NCBI GenBank assembly: GCA_025558095.1
Contig: JAIVFI010000037.1
Coordinates: 310,001-374,000, forward strand
From: Hyaloraphidium curvatum SAG 235-1
Taxonomy: Eukaryota; Fungi; Monoblepharomycota
DNA: 64,000 bases
Direction of reading: 5' to 3'
The notes under the pieces are model-generated. The model did not search any database, was not told the origin of the DNA, and was given only the letters and a program-made list of their open reading frames with translations. The position numbers were made by a program, and so were the translations under genes. Every line of letters begins with the position of its first letter. The first letter of the stretch is position 1. Below are positions 9,881 through 21,400 of this stretch, piece by piece.

Positions 9881-12800
9881 ATGCCGACCGTGACGGCCAA
9901 CGCCGTTTCGGGGGAGGACATCGACGGCGGCATGGTACAAGCTCAACACGCTCGCGCGTACATCAACCATATTCGAGCCAACAACTGTGATTCCTTCTTC
10001 GATTCTGGCGCGAGCCGCAACTCTACCAATACCCTAAGCGACCTGACCAAAGTCTACTCGATACCCAAGTTCGTTGTGCATGGACTTACGGGGCCCGTGG
10101 AGGTGTCACAGGCTGGCACCATGTACGTGCGTTTTCGCACGAGCGGACCCGTTGTTCGGCTTGACAACGTTCTTTTCATGCCGAGCACACCGTGCCGCCT
10201 GTTTTCGGAAACGGCATTGGCCGCCGCCGGCGTTCGATCCAGGAACTGCTACCTGGCTGACAAGGAGATGCAGAAACAGCTATACCTCGTGGACGGCACG
10301 GAGCTGTGCGTTCTTCCTCAGCAAAACGGCGTATTCCCGATGCCGATCGAGGTCGTCAAACCGGGGTCAACGTCGCAGGCCATGTGGGGACTCACCGACG
10401 CGGATTTGATCCGACTGCGAGGGGTACGCATGTCACGCCTCTACGATCGCCACCTGTGGCATGCCCGATGTGCGCACGCTCACATTGAGCGCATCCGGAT
10501 AGCGCAGAGGTCGGGTGCGGTGCTTGGCCTTGAGAACGTCGATCTGGGCCCCGAGTCGGAGGTTATCGAGTGCGATGTCTGCCTGCGCGCGAAGCTGACG
10601 ACCGCGCCGTTCCGCCCCTCGATGCGTGAGCACGTCAAGGACGTCATGGATCTCTGGCACGTTGATCTCAAGGGCCCGGTCGATATCACTTCCGTGCACG
10701 GCGACCGCTACTGGATGGACGTCAAGGACGAGTGGTCGCAGCAGCTTTGGTCGATCCCCCTGAAGACCAAGGACGAAGCAGCACCTCTCCTTCAGCACCT
10801 CATCGTGTGGGCCGAGACGCAGACTGGGAAACGCCTCAAGCACCTCCAGTCTGACCAGGGTACCGAGCTCGGGTGGTGGAACGCGCGGGAGCTGGGCTGG
10901 TTCCAGACCTGGTTACGTGAACGAGGCACTCACTTCCGGGTCTCCATAGCCGATACGCCTCAACAGAACGCGGTACCCGAACGCGAGCATCGTTCCCAGG
11001 TCGAGGGGGTACTTGCGCTCTGCATCCAGGCTGACGTCGAGAAGCGTTTCTGGAACTATGCCCTCGCATACAAGACTGAGGTCCGCAACATGCTCCCAAC
11101 GGTGAAGACGATGCAACGGGGCGCAAACGGAACGGTTACCACGCCGCATGAGCTATGGACAGGGACTAAACCCGACCTGTCACGCCTCCGCACGTTCGGG
11201 TCGGAGTGCTGGTACGGTATCCTCCCCAGCCAGCGCAAGGCTCTGGACGACCGTGCACACCGTGCGATCTTCCTCGGTTTCCCGAAGCACCTGAAGGCGT
11301 ACACCTTGCTGGATCTAACCACAGGCAAGATCGTCCATGCGCGATCAGTGGTCTTCAACGAGCGCTATTCTAAACGTTCGCCCGGCTCTTTCCGCGACAT
11401 TGATGCGCTGGGCAAGCATCGCCCTTTTGCTCTCGTACCTCCCCGCCTTCCTCATCGGCTCTCAAAGCCGGCGGATGCGGCAGTCGACGAAGACAGCGAT
11501 GACGATCAGCGGACACCACCAAGGGATGCGGGGACGGGACTTCAGGAACCTGCTCAGCGCAATGAGGCAGGAGAGGCGTACGAGTGGGAGCTTCTTGAGG
11601 AAGAGATTGAGTACCCGCTCGACGTGGAGCAGGAGGCAACGGACGCTGGTGATGGCGATGAGCTGGGTGCTGCGCCGCATCCCCTCGCTGGACCTGATGA
11701 TGGTCTGCCAGACCCTCTCATCATGCCCTACGCCATGATCGCCACTCCGCTGACGTGCTCTCCTTCCTTCCGCTTCCCAGCCTTCGAGATGTGGCGCATA
11801 CCAGGTGCCAGCGCCCCTGACCCAGACACGAGCCCGGTGACCCTGCTGTCGGTGCACGATGTCACCGTTCCGCGCACATACAACGAATCGCAGAGGTCAC
11901 CGCATGCGGCTCAGTGGGAGGAAGCGCGGCAGGAGGAGAACAAGTCGATTCTTGAGATGGGTGTGGTCGAGGAGACGGAACTACCCGCTGGTGACGAGGA
12001 CAAGGTGGTGCCCTCGCACTACGTCTACGACGTCAAGAAGGACCAGAACAACAACGTTACGCGCTTCAAGGCACGCTTGGTGGCGGACGGAAACCGCCAG
12101 TCCGAGCAAACGTACTACGATACGTTCGCTGCCGTTCCTAACCAAGTTGTCTTCCGCCTCTTCCTCCTTCTTGTTGCCACGCTGGGACTCCTCTGTGATC
12201 ACTGGGACATCAAGACGGCGTTTCTGCATGCTCCACTGGACTACACTGTCTACATCAGACCGCCTCCGGGTTGGCGGTTCCTCAAGGAGTCTTCCTCGCG
12301 CACGGTGCTTCGCCTGCTAAAGAGTCTCTATGGATTACGGCAAGCGATGCGCTTGTTCCTTGCAATGCTTGATCATTTCCTCCGCCAGGCTGGATTCGTG
12401 AAGCTGGCCTCCGAGAGCTGTCTCTACGTGCGCTTCGCGGCCGGCCGCATTATGATCATCTTTGTCTACGTCGACGACTTGCTGGTTGCTGCCACCTCAC
12501 AACTGGAGATTGACGAGTTGTTTGGCAGCCTCAAGCAGCATTTCAACATCAACTCGCTGGGCTCTGTCACTTACTGCTTGGGCGTGCACATCCGTCGCGA
12601 CACCGGCACCGGTACAATCTCGTTGTCGCAGACGGCGTACATCGACCGCGTCCTCCGCGAGTTTGGATTCACGCGTGATGTTCCCAGCAAGGAGACGAAG
12701 TCTGCTCTCACGCCGATGCGACCGGATGCACTCCAGACGCTGCGCCCATTTGATCCCGCGGTGTTTGACAGCCTGCCGACGAAGATCCAAGACGACGTCA

Positions 12801-13549
12801 AAAGTTTCAACTACAAGGGCCTGGTTGGATCTCTACTTTGGATTGCCATCACGACACGGCCAGATATTGCCTTTGCCGTGATCTTTCTTTCTCGCTTTGC
12901 CAACAGCTTCGGACCTCTTCACATCAAGGCGCTTCGAGATGTCTTACGCTACCTGCGCCGCACCCGTACCTATGGACTTGTTCTTGGCCGTCGTCCTGCG
13001 TCTGGCGATTGCTTGGATCTCTGTGCTTATGCAGATGCCGATTTTGCTGGCTGTGTGATGACCCGCAAGTCGACCACGGGTCTCGTCATCCTCATGGGTG
13101 CTTCCAGTATTGCTTGGCTGACCGAGCGGCAATCCATCGTTGCACAGTCTACTACGGAAGCCGAGTATGTTGCTATGACGCATGCAGTTCGCAACATTCT
13201 CTGGCTGCGCTCCATCCTGCAGGAACTTGGCTTTGCGTGGACGACACCTACGCGACTTTTCGAGGACAACATGTCTGCTGAACAACTCGCTCGTGATCCT
13301 AAGTTTCACGAGCGGACGAAGCACATCGATATCAAGTACCACCTGGTTCGCGACACTGTGCAAAATGGAACGATTGAGACTGCACGGGTGGTGTCAGACG
13401 ACAACCTTGGGGACGGCTTTACCAAGCCTCTAGCTCCGGCCCTTTTTGAACTTTTCCGTGCGCGCATTGGTGTTGTTGACCTTGATACGGGTTCGGCTGA
13501 GGCCAGCGTTCTCTGCGAGCCGGACCCTGCCGGGAATCTCTGCCCGTGA
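9881..13549 (+). CDS. pol: Copia Pol polyprotein (protease, integrase, reverse transcriptase, RNase H), intact
   Basis: FFDSGAS (PR); LWHARCAH...CDVC, VDLKGP, SDQGTE, PQQNAVPER (IN); FKARLVADG, DIKTAFL, KSLYGLRQA, YVDDLL (RT); YADADFAG, EAEY, EDN, KHIDIKYH (RNase H). Confidence 0.97.
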   Translation: MPTVTANAVSGEDIDGGMVQAQHARAYINHIRANNCDSFFDSGASRNSTNTLSDLTKVYSIPKFVVHGLTGPVEVSQAGTMYVRFRTSGPVVRLDNVLFMPSTPCRLFSETALAAAGVRSRNCYLADKEMQKQLYLVDGTELCVLPQQNGVFPMPIEVVKPGSTSQAMWGLTDADLIRLRGVRMSRLYDRHLWHARCAHAHIERIRIAQRSGAVLGLENVDLGPESEVIECDVCLRAKLTTAPFRPSMREHVKDVMDLWHVDLKGPVDITSVHGDRYWMDVKDEWSQQLWSIPLKTKDEAAPLLQHLIVWAETQTGKRLKHLQSDQGTELGWWNARELGWFQTWLRERGTHFRVSIADTPQQNAVPEREHRSQVEGVLALCIQADVEKRFWNYALAYKTEVRNMLPTVKTMQRGANGTVTTPHELWTGTKPDLSRLRTFGSECWYGILPSQRKALDDRAHRAIFLGFPKHLKAYTLLDLTTGKIVHARSVVFNERYSKRSPGSFRDIDALGKHRPFALVPPRLPHRLSKPADAAVDEDSDDDQRTPPRDAGTGLQEPAQRNEAGEAYEWELLEEEIEYPLDVEQEATDAGDGDELGAAPHPLAGPDDGLPDPLIMPYAMIATPLTCSPSFRFPAFEMWRIPGASAPDPDTSPVTLLSVHDVTVPRTYNESQRSPHAAQWEEARQEENKSILEMGVVEETELPAGDEDKVVPSHYVYDVKKDQNNNVTRFKARLVADGNRQSEQTYYDTFAAVPNQVVFRLFLLLVATLGLLCDHWDIKTAFLHAPLDYTVYIRPPPGWRFLKESSSRTVLRLLKSLYGLRQAMRLFLAMLDHFLRQAGFVKLASESCLYVRFAAGRIMIIFVYVDDLLVAATSQLEIDELFGSLKQHFNINSLGSVTYCLGVHIRRDTGTGTISLSQTAYIDRVLREFGFTRDVPSKETKSALTPMRPDALQTLRPFDPAVFDSLPTKIQDDVKSFNYKGLVGSLLWIAITTRPDIAFAVIFLSRFANSFGPLHIKALRDVLRYLRRTRTYGLVLGRRPASGDCLDLCAYADADFAGCVMTRKSTTGLVILMGASSIAWLTERQSIVAQSTTEAEYVAMTHAVRNILWLRSILQELGFAWTTPTRLFEDNMSAEQLARDPKFHERTKHIDIKYHLVRDTVQNGTIETARVVSDDNLGDGFTKPLAPALFELFRARIGVVDLDTGSAEASVLCEPDPAGNLCP

Positions 13550-13714
13550 TGAGCCTGAGGCTAGCGGGCAGCCGTTCCTTGGCTTCTGGGGGAGTCTCCC
13601 CTACGTGTACCTCTGGATTGTATTGTTTCTTGTACTTTCTTTGCATGTATGGTCTCTGGGGGCGCTTTTTGTACGGCGATTGGATCGCCCGGTCTTGGGG
13701 GGAGGTGTCATCAG

Positions 13715-14002
13715 GGAGCCTGGCCTAGGCAGCCCAAGGAGCTCAATCCCGGGGCGTGGAGGAGCATGCGGTGGGGGACTCCACTCGATCCACTCGCCTC
13801 CAAATGGGGGAGTGTTGCTGGCGATGGATGGATGTGTTTGGAGCCGTTGGATCGAGTTGGAGCCTGGCCTAGGCAGCCCAAGGAGCTCAATCCCGGGGCG
13901 TGGAGGAGCATGCGGTGGGGGACTCCACTCGATCCACTCGCCTCCAAATGGGGGAGTGTTGCTGGCGATGGATGGATGTGTTTGGAGCCGTTGGATCGAG
14001 TT
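13715..14002 (+). repeat. 144-bp tandem duplication covering the PPT and the LTR start
   Basis: 13715-13858 equals 13859-14002, with GGAG microhomology at the junction. PPT+TGTTG occurs twice (13813 and 13957). Confidence 0.92.
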
Positions 14003-14172
14003 GGAGTTGGCCTTGGAGTTGGATGTTGGACTTGGATGGATGGGTGGATCTTGGCTAGACAATAACCTAGGAGGGCGGCTCTAAGAAAAGGGAGAATAAC
14101 ACAACAAACACCAGGAACGCCACCTGCTTCATCCGCACCTGTCTCTGGGCGCCTGTGACCAGGGGTCTTTGA
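13957..14172 (+). repeat. 3' LTR (apparently truncated on the right)
   Basis: Preceded by AAATGGGGGAG PPT. Identical to the 5' copy but ends without CA and without the GATCG TSD. Confidence 0.85.
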
Positions 14173-14505
14173 CTCCTTGACCCAGGGCTCGTTGTAGAGG
14201 TTTCGCATTATTGCGAGGAAGTGGAAGTCGCACGGCACGGGCTTGCAGTGCGGCTTGTTCTCCTTCGCAGCTGGTCGCACGAGTTGGCCTTGATGGTCAG
14301 GCTCAGGGCCATGTGGTCTGAGGTGACGACCCAGCCTACCTTCACAAATGCAAGCTGGGTGACCGTCCCGTAGCGGCTCTGCGGCACGATTGCGTAGTCC
14401 AAGGTGCTGTCCCGCTCGCCATCCTTTCCTGCGCGAGTTGTTGCCCCCGGCTCGAGGCGCCCATTCAGGATCACCAGCTCCTCCTCGTGGCACAGTGCAA
14501 GTAGC
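14173..14505 (-). pseudogene. LINE AP-endonuclease C-terminal fragment (frameshifted)
   Basis: QLLALCHEEELVILNGR...STLDYAIV...SDHMAL are typical APE motifs. Confidence 0.85.
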
Positions 14506-14509
14506 TGTT

Positions 14510-14699
14510 TAAGTGAGGCGGCAAAAGGAGAAGGCCCTCAACTCCATTGCCAGCTTCATCTCAAAGTCATGAAGGACAGAAAACTAACTGGGAACATGAA
14601 AAAGATGCACGACGACAAACTTCAAATTAGCAGCAAACTGATGGTGTAACAGCGGCCAAGCCAGGGGCAGGTCCGGGTCACCAATACTATTCTATTCTA
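14510..14699 (+). mobile_element. Short 3'-end fragment of the same LINE family in opposite orientation, with TATTC tail
   Basis: Reverse-complement match, with indels, to ~5055-5245; ends CCAATACTATTCTATTCTA. Confidence 0.88.
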
Positions 14700-15263
14700 C
14701 TGGCCAGTGATCGCATACAGACAAGCCAGGGAGGTAGACTTGGGCTGATGAGTGACAGCACGAAGGGCCATGCATGTCACTTTGTCCCTGGTGCTTTCCC
14801 CGGCAAGGTACTCCTCCTTCGGCATCTCCACAATGAACGGGTTCCCATATTGGCCCACTGCCTTGACCTTCGTGTTGTAGAGCTTGAGCTGGAGGTCAGG
14901 ACTCATCCCAGGCTGGTCCCTGATGTCGCGGAGCCAGAGCCCATAAGCAGCGTTCATCTTGCGCCATGCACATACATGGTCCTTGCCCCCCCCAGTTGAC
15001 GTGAGCTGGTACCCCAGAAGCTTGAAGCTGTCTACCCTCTTCAGCTCCTGGCCCCTGTAGAGGAGCTTCGCACGGTGGGGTATCCTGATGGCGTTGATCA
15101 ATCCCCAACCCATGATGGAGAGAAGAGATCCAGCTGCAAAAAAGAATGTCCTTCAACAGCACCACTGTGATTGAAGATAGAGTAAGCAGACTGACCATCC
15201 TGTCTCCTCCTCCTCCTGTAACACAGGGCCTAGCTCCAGGCCTTTGCTCCCATTGGCCTCCAT
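14698..15263 (-). pseudogene. Older degenerate LINE RT fragment
   Basis: Diverged, frameshifted copy of ~5865-6480 (KRVDSFKLLGYQLTS...CLYAITGQ). Confidence 0.88.
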
Positions 15264-15319
15264 GCATGCAGGATGAATAGTCAGTGCTTTTTGAGACACA
15301 GGTCTGTGGTATCTTTCTT

Positions 15320-18308
15320 TCATGCTACATAGTGGTAGAGGGAAGAATCCTTCTCATCCCTTGACATGTACTCCCGCTCAATGAGGCTTTCAATGCGCTT
15401 TTTCATGTCGGGTATCTGATAACACAGGAGAGGTCAAAACAGCGCAAAGGAAACACAAGGAAGGCGCTACCTTGTACGGAACCTTGATCTGCTCCACCAC
15501 CTCACTGATTAGGGAATTGTGCTTCATCGTCTTCCGCATCTTCATGACACGGACAATTGCAGCATCCACCTGCGGAGGGGAAAAAGTCAGCCCAGAACCA
15601 GCAATGATTCTCAGTGCCTTGCCATGTAATGCCGCTCCTCCAAAGCCTTCTCCGAGGTCTGCACCTGCTCTTCCTTCGTCTCTTTCAGCTGGATGGTGTT
15701 GATCTTGATCTTGTATTGGGAATTCTCGAACGAATCATTCACCGAAAAGCTGTCTGTTGGGTCCACATCTTTCCCCTTTGGAGCTTTTGTAAGGACGCGG
15801 ACTTTGCCACATGCAAGAGACTGCAGATTCCGCAAGAGCTCTGCATCGTCCAGTCCCGTCCGCCCTTTTAGCTCCTGATAAGTCAACGAAGATGCGAAGT
15901 TGAAATGAAGGACAATGACCGTTTGGAGCAGAGACATGCTCAGCTCTTTTGAACCCTGCATTTGAGTTAGCAGAGTGAAGGAACACCAGCCAACACCGTG
16001 AGCACCTTTGGGAAGTCTGCTTTGACTGCACATGACGACAAGGTGTGCTGCCAGGTGAGGTTGCGTCCCTTGTGGTTCTTCTTGTACGAAGCCTCGAACA
16101 TTCGCAAGTAGCTCATGAGCTGCAGGGATTGAATCACCACACTGTGGTCTCTTGACACTCGTGCGGTCCTACCTCGTCCGGGAGTTGGACCTGAACCGAA
16201 CGTTGCGTAGGCCACGATGCTGCGGTAAGGACGTTGACGTTCAGCTCAATCGGGAGGTTCTTGTGCGCGGCCTGCAAGGTTGCACCGGAAGCCGTTAGGA
16301 GACTGCATCAAACTGCAGGCTAACTGCAGGCCTACCCACTTTGAAGACCGCAGTGAGATTCTTGGAAACATCGACATCCTTGAACATTGCCTCCAGCTTG
16401 GAGGTGAACCCGCTTCCACACTCTGCACCGCGTCAGCGACGGCACAAAAGGGCTTAATAAAGACGCACCGAGCTTGAGCTTGCTAAGCATGCTCTTCTCG
16501 CTGTCCACGCTGGCGCTCTTGTTCAAGAGAAGCCTCCGAGCCAAATCGTTCTTGTAGAACGCTTCGAACACGTCTTTGCCTAATCAGCAGAGATCAGCGG
16601 CGGCCAGCAGGACATCGCGTCGAATCAAGCAACCTTGGACAAAGCGGAAAAGAATCAGGCACTGGTCCAGAGCTGCCTCGACATCCGCCTCGTCGCGCTT
16701 CGATGGGCGTAGCAACCCATCGATGTACTTGGCAATGAGCTCCGCAGGCTTGTTCTGGCGAACGTTGATGAAGCTTTCAAAGGACTCCTTGACCGCGTTG
16801 GCGAATGACTCGTTGCCGTGGAACGCATGTGCCAAGATGTGATCGATGTGACTTTTGAAGTCCAGTAGGCTTTGAACCATAGTATCGTCCCGTTCCTTGT
16901 TCTGTACTATCTGGAGACCCTTGTCCTGCAAGCAGAAGATCTTCGGTCACATTCCGGAAGCACGCGCGAGCTTTGAACCGACTGACCTTGATGTAGTCCG
17001 AAAGATTGCTCTTAAGACGCTCCAGAGCATTGACCCGCGAGAGCAGATCGTACATGCTCTTCAGATCCTCGATTCGGCTGTCGACCATTAGGCTCGTAAA
17101 GCCTTCACGATCCAAGCAGTTGAATGAGTGTTGGCCCGGCTGCGGACAATGAGTATTCACCTCTCGAGAGAAGAATGCCGACATTCTGCCGAATGAGCTT
17201 GTCTTCCACAATGCCAACCAGCTCTTTCCGGGAACCAACGTCCAGGTAGCCGGTAGAAGAGCTGCAGCGCTCCTGCTCCTCTTTGATTCGCGACCCAACG
17301 TGTGCCAAAAAGCCGGCAATCGTGCCACCGACATCGTCCACGCTGTCAACGACTGACATACGCTCCGTGCTTTCGCTGGAATAAAATGACGACGCATCTT
17401 GGAGCATGTGGGCCTCGAAAAGCGTGCGGTAAAGTCCAAGGTCCGTCAGCATCCGCACAAGTGACCTGACGAGATCCCGTCGCTCTGTGCCGAGATTGCG
17501 TTCACGCCTATGAAAGCATGAGACCCCGAAAGAACGTGGAACAATGTGGCCTGTTACCTGTCATCCAAAATGAGCTCTAGCAAGCCGCTGACAAGGTGCT
17601 CTCGAATGTGAGGCACAATGACCACGTGATCGCGAAAGAGATTCATCGACATGTCCCAAATGGACAAAAGGGAGGGCGTCTGCATGACATACGTCCTGTC
17701 CAGGTACAGGAAGATGCTGCGAACAACGATCTGGACGCGCGAATGCTCCGGTGAGGCCCAGGTTGACAAGGTCCACCACGGAAAGCTCACAATCTGCTTG
17801 CAGAAGGTGTCCCAGGTGACGTTTAGGTACTTTAGGAAGGGCTGTGCCTCGTGCCATTCCTCGCTGCCGCCCGTGCCCTCAGAAATCGTCACCAGCACAT
17901 CGACAGGCAGGCCAACCTCAGAATGGTGTCCCTCTTCGAGATGACGTGCTTTTCGCAAACCTCAGCGAGAGTTCGATAGAGCTCGTCCGCCCCTTTCTGC
18001 ATGCAAATGTTCTCGCAGGCCTGGCATCCAGCACGTCGAACTTCAGGGACGGCAGTACAGGTCTCCACGCGAGACCAACTCTGTAGAGCTCTTCCAACGA
18101 ATCTTCCACAGCTCTGAACTCGAAGATAGCCTCCGTCGCGTTACGCAGCTTCTTCCAGGCGTTCGCATCGCGGTCGGCGGGGCTCTTCGCGGCCTTGGCT
18201 GCGTCGTCCCGTGTCAATGCCGTGCCGAGCCACCTCCGAATGCATCATCGGACCTGAAAAATTCTTGATGACCAGCTTCTTTGGCGCCCCGTTTCGATGC
18301 TGTAGCAT
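15320..18308 (-). CDS. CUL4: Cullin-4 (multi-exon)
   Basis: N-terminal KKLVIKNF; [11 protein letters not shown]; [12 protein letters not shown]; [22 protein letters not shown]; [12 protein letters not shown]; C-terminal [12 protein letters not shown]...YHYVA*. Confidence 0.93.
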
Positions 18309-18417
18309 CGTCGCGGGCGCGTTGTCTCCACCCCTACCGATCGCAACAGCCGCGGGGTCGCGATCGTGTTGGGCCCAGACACGCACACGCGCAGCACTCC
18401 CGCGGCCGTTATGCGAC

Positions 18418-21400
18418 ATGGGTACGCCGCAGGAGCTGAAGACATGGATTTCCGACAAGCTCCAGAGCCTGTTCGGACTCTCGGATCGGACGATGGTCGA
18501 TTACGTCCAAACTATTGCCTCCAAGGCGAAGTCTGCCGATGCCGTGCTCCAGAAGCTCGTGGAAGCGGACATTTCCGACGCGCCGGCAACTGCAGCCTTT
18601 GCTCGGGAGCTGCATAGCCGGATCTCGCGGGCCCAGTCCTCGCATAGCACATCGGCTGTCGCGGAACTGGCCCGGAAGGAGGGCGAGGCCAAGAAGCGGA
18701 AGCGGGAGCTCCGGGAGGAGATACAGCGGACCAAAGCCTACTCGCTCCTCACCGGAGACGACGTCGACGACGCTGCGACGGAGTCGAGTAGCCGGAAGGG
18801 ACGGTCGGCCGAAAACGGCCGGGAAGGCCGTGAGGCTAAGTCCAGCAAGGATCGGGAACCGAGGACGAAGCGGCTGCGGAAGCGAGAATCCGAGTCGGAA
18901 GACGAAGGTGGCGAACCCGGAAGCCACGTCGTTCGAACCCGGGTACCTTCGGTTCCGGAGCCAAAAGAGGAGGCCGGGGACGAGGATGCGCTCGACGAGT
19001 TCGAGAGGGCGGAGCGGGAGCGCGAGCGGGACCTTAAGGAGAGGGACGAATTTGCCGAGAGGCTGCGGCTGAAGGATGAGGAAAAGACGAAGAAGGTGAG
19101 GGTGGATCCATCGTTTCGGCGGCCGTCTGTTGTTGACCGTGGTGCGGCGGTGCAGCTCGTGGAGGACCGATCAACGGCGGGCGAAAGCGAGGCATTGAAG
19201 CGTCGCCGTATTGCGGATGATCGGGAGCGGCGCTTGGAGGCTCTGCCGCAGCTTCGGGAGGTCTCCCGGCAGGAGTATCTGAAGAAGCGCGAGGAGCAAC
19301 GACTCCTGCTTGCCGAGCAGGAGCTCGAGGACGAGCTTTTCCTCTTCAAGGACGAAGAGCTGACGAAGAAGGAGCGCAAAGAGCGCGACTACAAGCGGCA
19401 GGTCCTTCAGCTCGCCAAGGAGCGGATGTCGATAAACGATCATGTGGACGGCTACCAAATGCCGGAGGACTACATCACCGAAAAGGGCAAGCTCGACAAG
19501 AAGAAGCAAGAGCAGCTCCTTTACGGGCGGTACCGGGAGGAGGAAGGTCCACCTGTGAACGAACAGCAGCAGTGGGAGGCGGAGCAGATCAAGAAGAGTA
19601 CCTTGTCGGTGGGGGCAAAGGGCAGGAAGCGGACCGATGAGGACTACGAGTTCCTTTTCGACGAGGAGCAACAAATGCAGTTCGTGCTCGAAAATACGCT
19701 GCAGGGAAAGCAAGAGGAAGGCTCTGCGGTCCTTGTGGATGAGGCACAGAAGCAAGGTGGGCGTGAAAGATGCGTGCCCGCTCGCTTCTCTCACACTCAG
19801 GTCGAATCAGCAATGACCATCCAGGAAGTTCGAAAGTCGCTGCCGGTTTATCCGTTCCGGGAGCAGCTGCTGAGCGCAGTCGAGCAGTTTCAGGTTCTCA
19901 TCATCGTCGGGGAAACGGGGTCGGGGAAAACGACGCAGATCCCGCAGTACCTTTTCGAAGCCGGGTACTGCAAGGACGGGAAGAAGATTGGCTGCACGCA
20001 GCCGCGCCGAGTGGCCGCAATGTCGGTGGCGGCTCGTGTGGCCGAGGAGGTCGGGACGAAGCTCGGATACCAGGTCGGCTATTCGATTCGGTTCGAGGAC
20101 TGCACCTCGGACAAGACGGTCCTGAAGTACATGACGGACGGGATGCTTCTCAGAGAGTTCCTCACGGAGCCTGATCTGGCGAGCTACTCTGTCCTGATGA
20201 TTGACGAAGCGCACGAGCGGACATTGCATACCGACATCCTTTTTGGCCTCGTGAAGGACATTGCGCGGTTCCGTCCGGACCTGAAGCTCCTCATCTCTTC
20301 GGCAACCATGGACGCGCAGAAGTTCTCGGAGTACTTTGACGATGCGCCGATCTTCAACATCCCCGGCCGTCGCTACCCGGTCGACATCTACTACACGAAG
20401 GCCCCCGAAGCCAACTACCTGGCAGCGGCCATCACCACCATCATGCAGATACACGTGACGCAAGACAAGGGCGATATTCTGCTGTTCCTCACGGGCCAGG
20501 ACGAGATCGATTCGGCGGTGGAGACGTTGGGGTCCATTACGCGATCGCTGGGTTCGAAGATCAAGGAGATGATCCTCTGCCCCATCTACTCCACGCTGCC
20601 CCCGGAGCTGCAATCGAAGATCTTCGAGCCCACACCCGAGGGTGCTCGGAAGGTCGTGCTGGCCACCAACATTGCCGAGACGAGCATCACAATCGACGGC
20701 ATCGTCTACGTCATCGACCCCGGCTTTGTGAAGCAGAAGTCGTACAATCCCCGGACCGGCATGGAGAGCCTGATTGTGGTTCCGTGCTCCCGAGCATCGG
20801 CGAACCAGCGCGCCGGACGCGCCGGTCGTGTCGGACCGGGCAAGTGCTTCCGCCTCTACACAGCATGGGCATATCAGAACGAGCTGGAGGAGAACACCAT
20901 TCCGGAGATTCAGCGGACGAACCTTGGGAATGTCGTTTTGTTGCTGAAGTCGTTGGGCATCAACGATCTCATCAACTTTGACTTCATGGATCCGCCGCCG
21001 CCGGAGACGCTCATACAGGCGCTGGGGCAGCTCTATGCTCTCGGGGCCTTGAACGATCGCGGGGAGCTGACGAAGCTGGGACGCCGGATGGCCGAGTTCC
21101 CGCTGGACCCGATGCTGAGCAAAACCCTGATTGCCTCGGAGAAGTACGGATGCAGCGAAGAGATCGTGTCCATCGTGGGCATGCTGTCCGTGCAGAACGC
21201 CATCTTCTATCGTCCCAAGGACAAGGCCATCCACGCCGACAAGGCGCGGAAGAACTTTTTCCGCCCTGGAGGCGATCACTTGGGCCTGCTCGCCGTGTGG
21301 AACGCCTGGGTGGAAACGAACTACTCCATTCAGTGGTGCTACGAGAACTTCATCCAGCACAGGTCGATGAAGAGGGCGCGGGACGTTCGTGACCAGCTGG

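Larger units (their letters stand above)
7537..14172 (+). mobile_element. Ty1/copia LTR retrotransposon
   Basis: Identical 216-bp direct repeats at 7537-7752 and 13957-14172 begin TGTTG. Polypurine tract precedes the 3' repeat. Domain order is gag, PR, IN, RT, RNase H. Confidence 0.95.

Noticed and set aside
13446-14084. env-like ORF after pol
   Set aside because: It overlaps pol, the 144-bp duplication and the LTR, and appears to be an incidental frame.
7532-14177. Intact copia insertion with TSD
   Set aside because: GATCG on the left has no match at 14173; the right LTR end and adjacent LINE sequence appear deleted.
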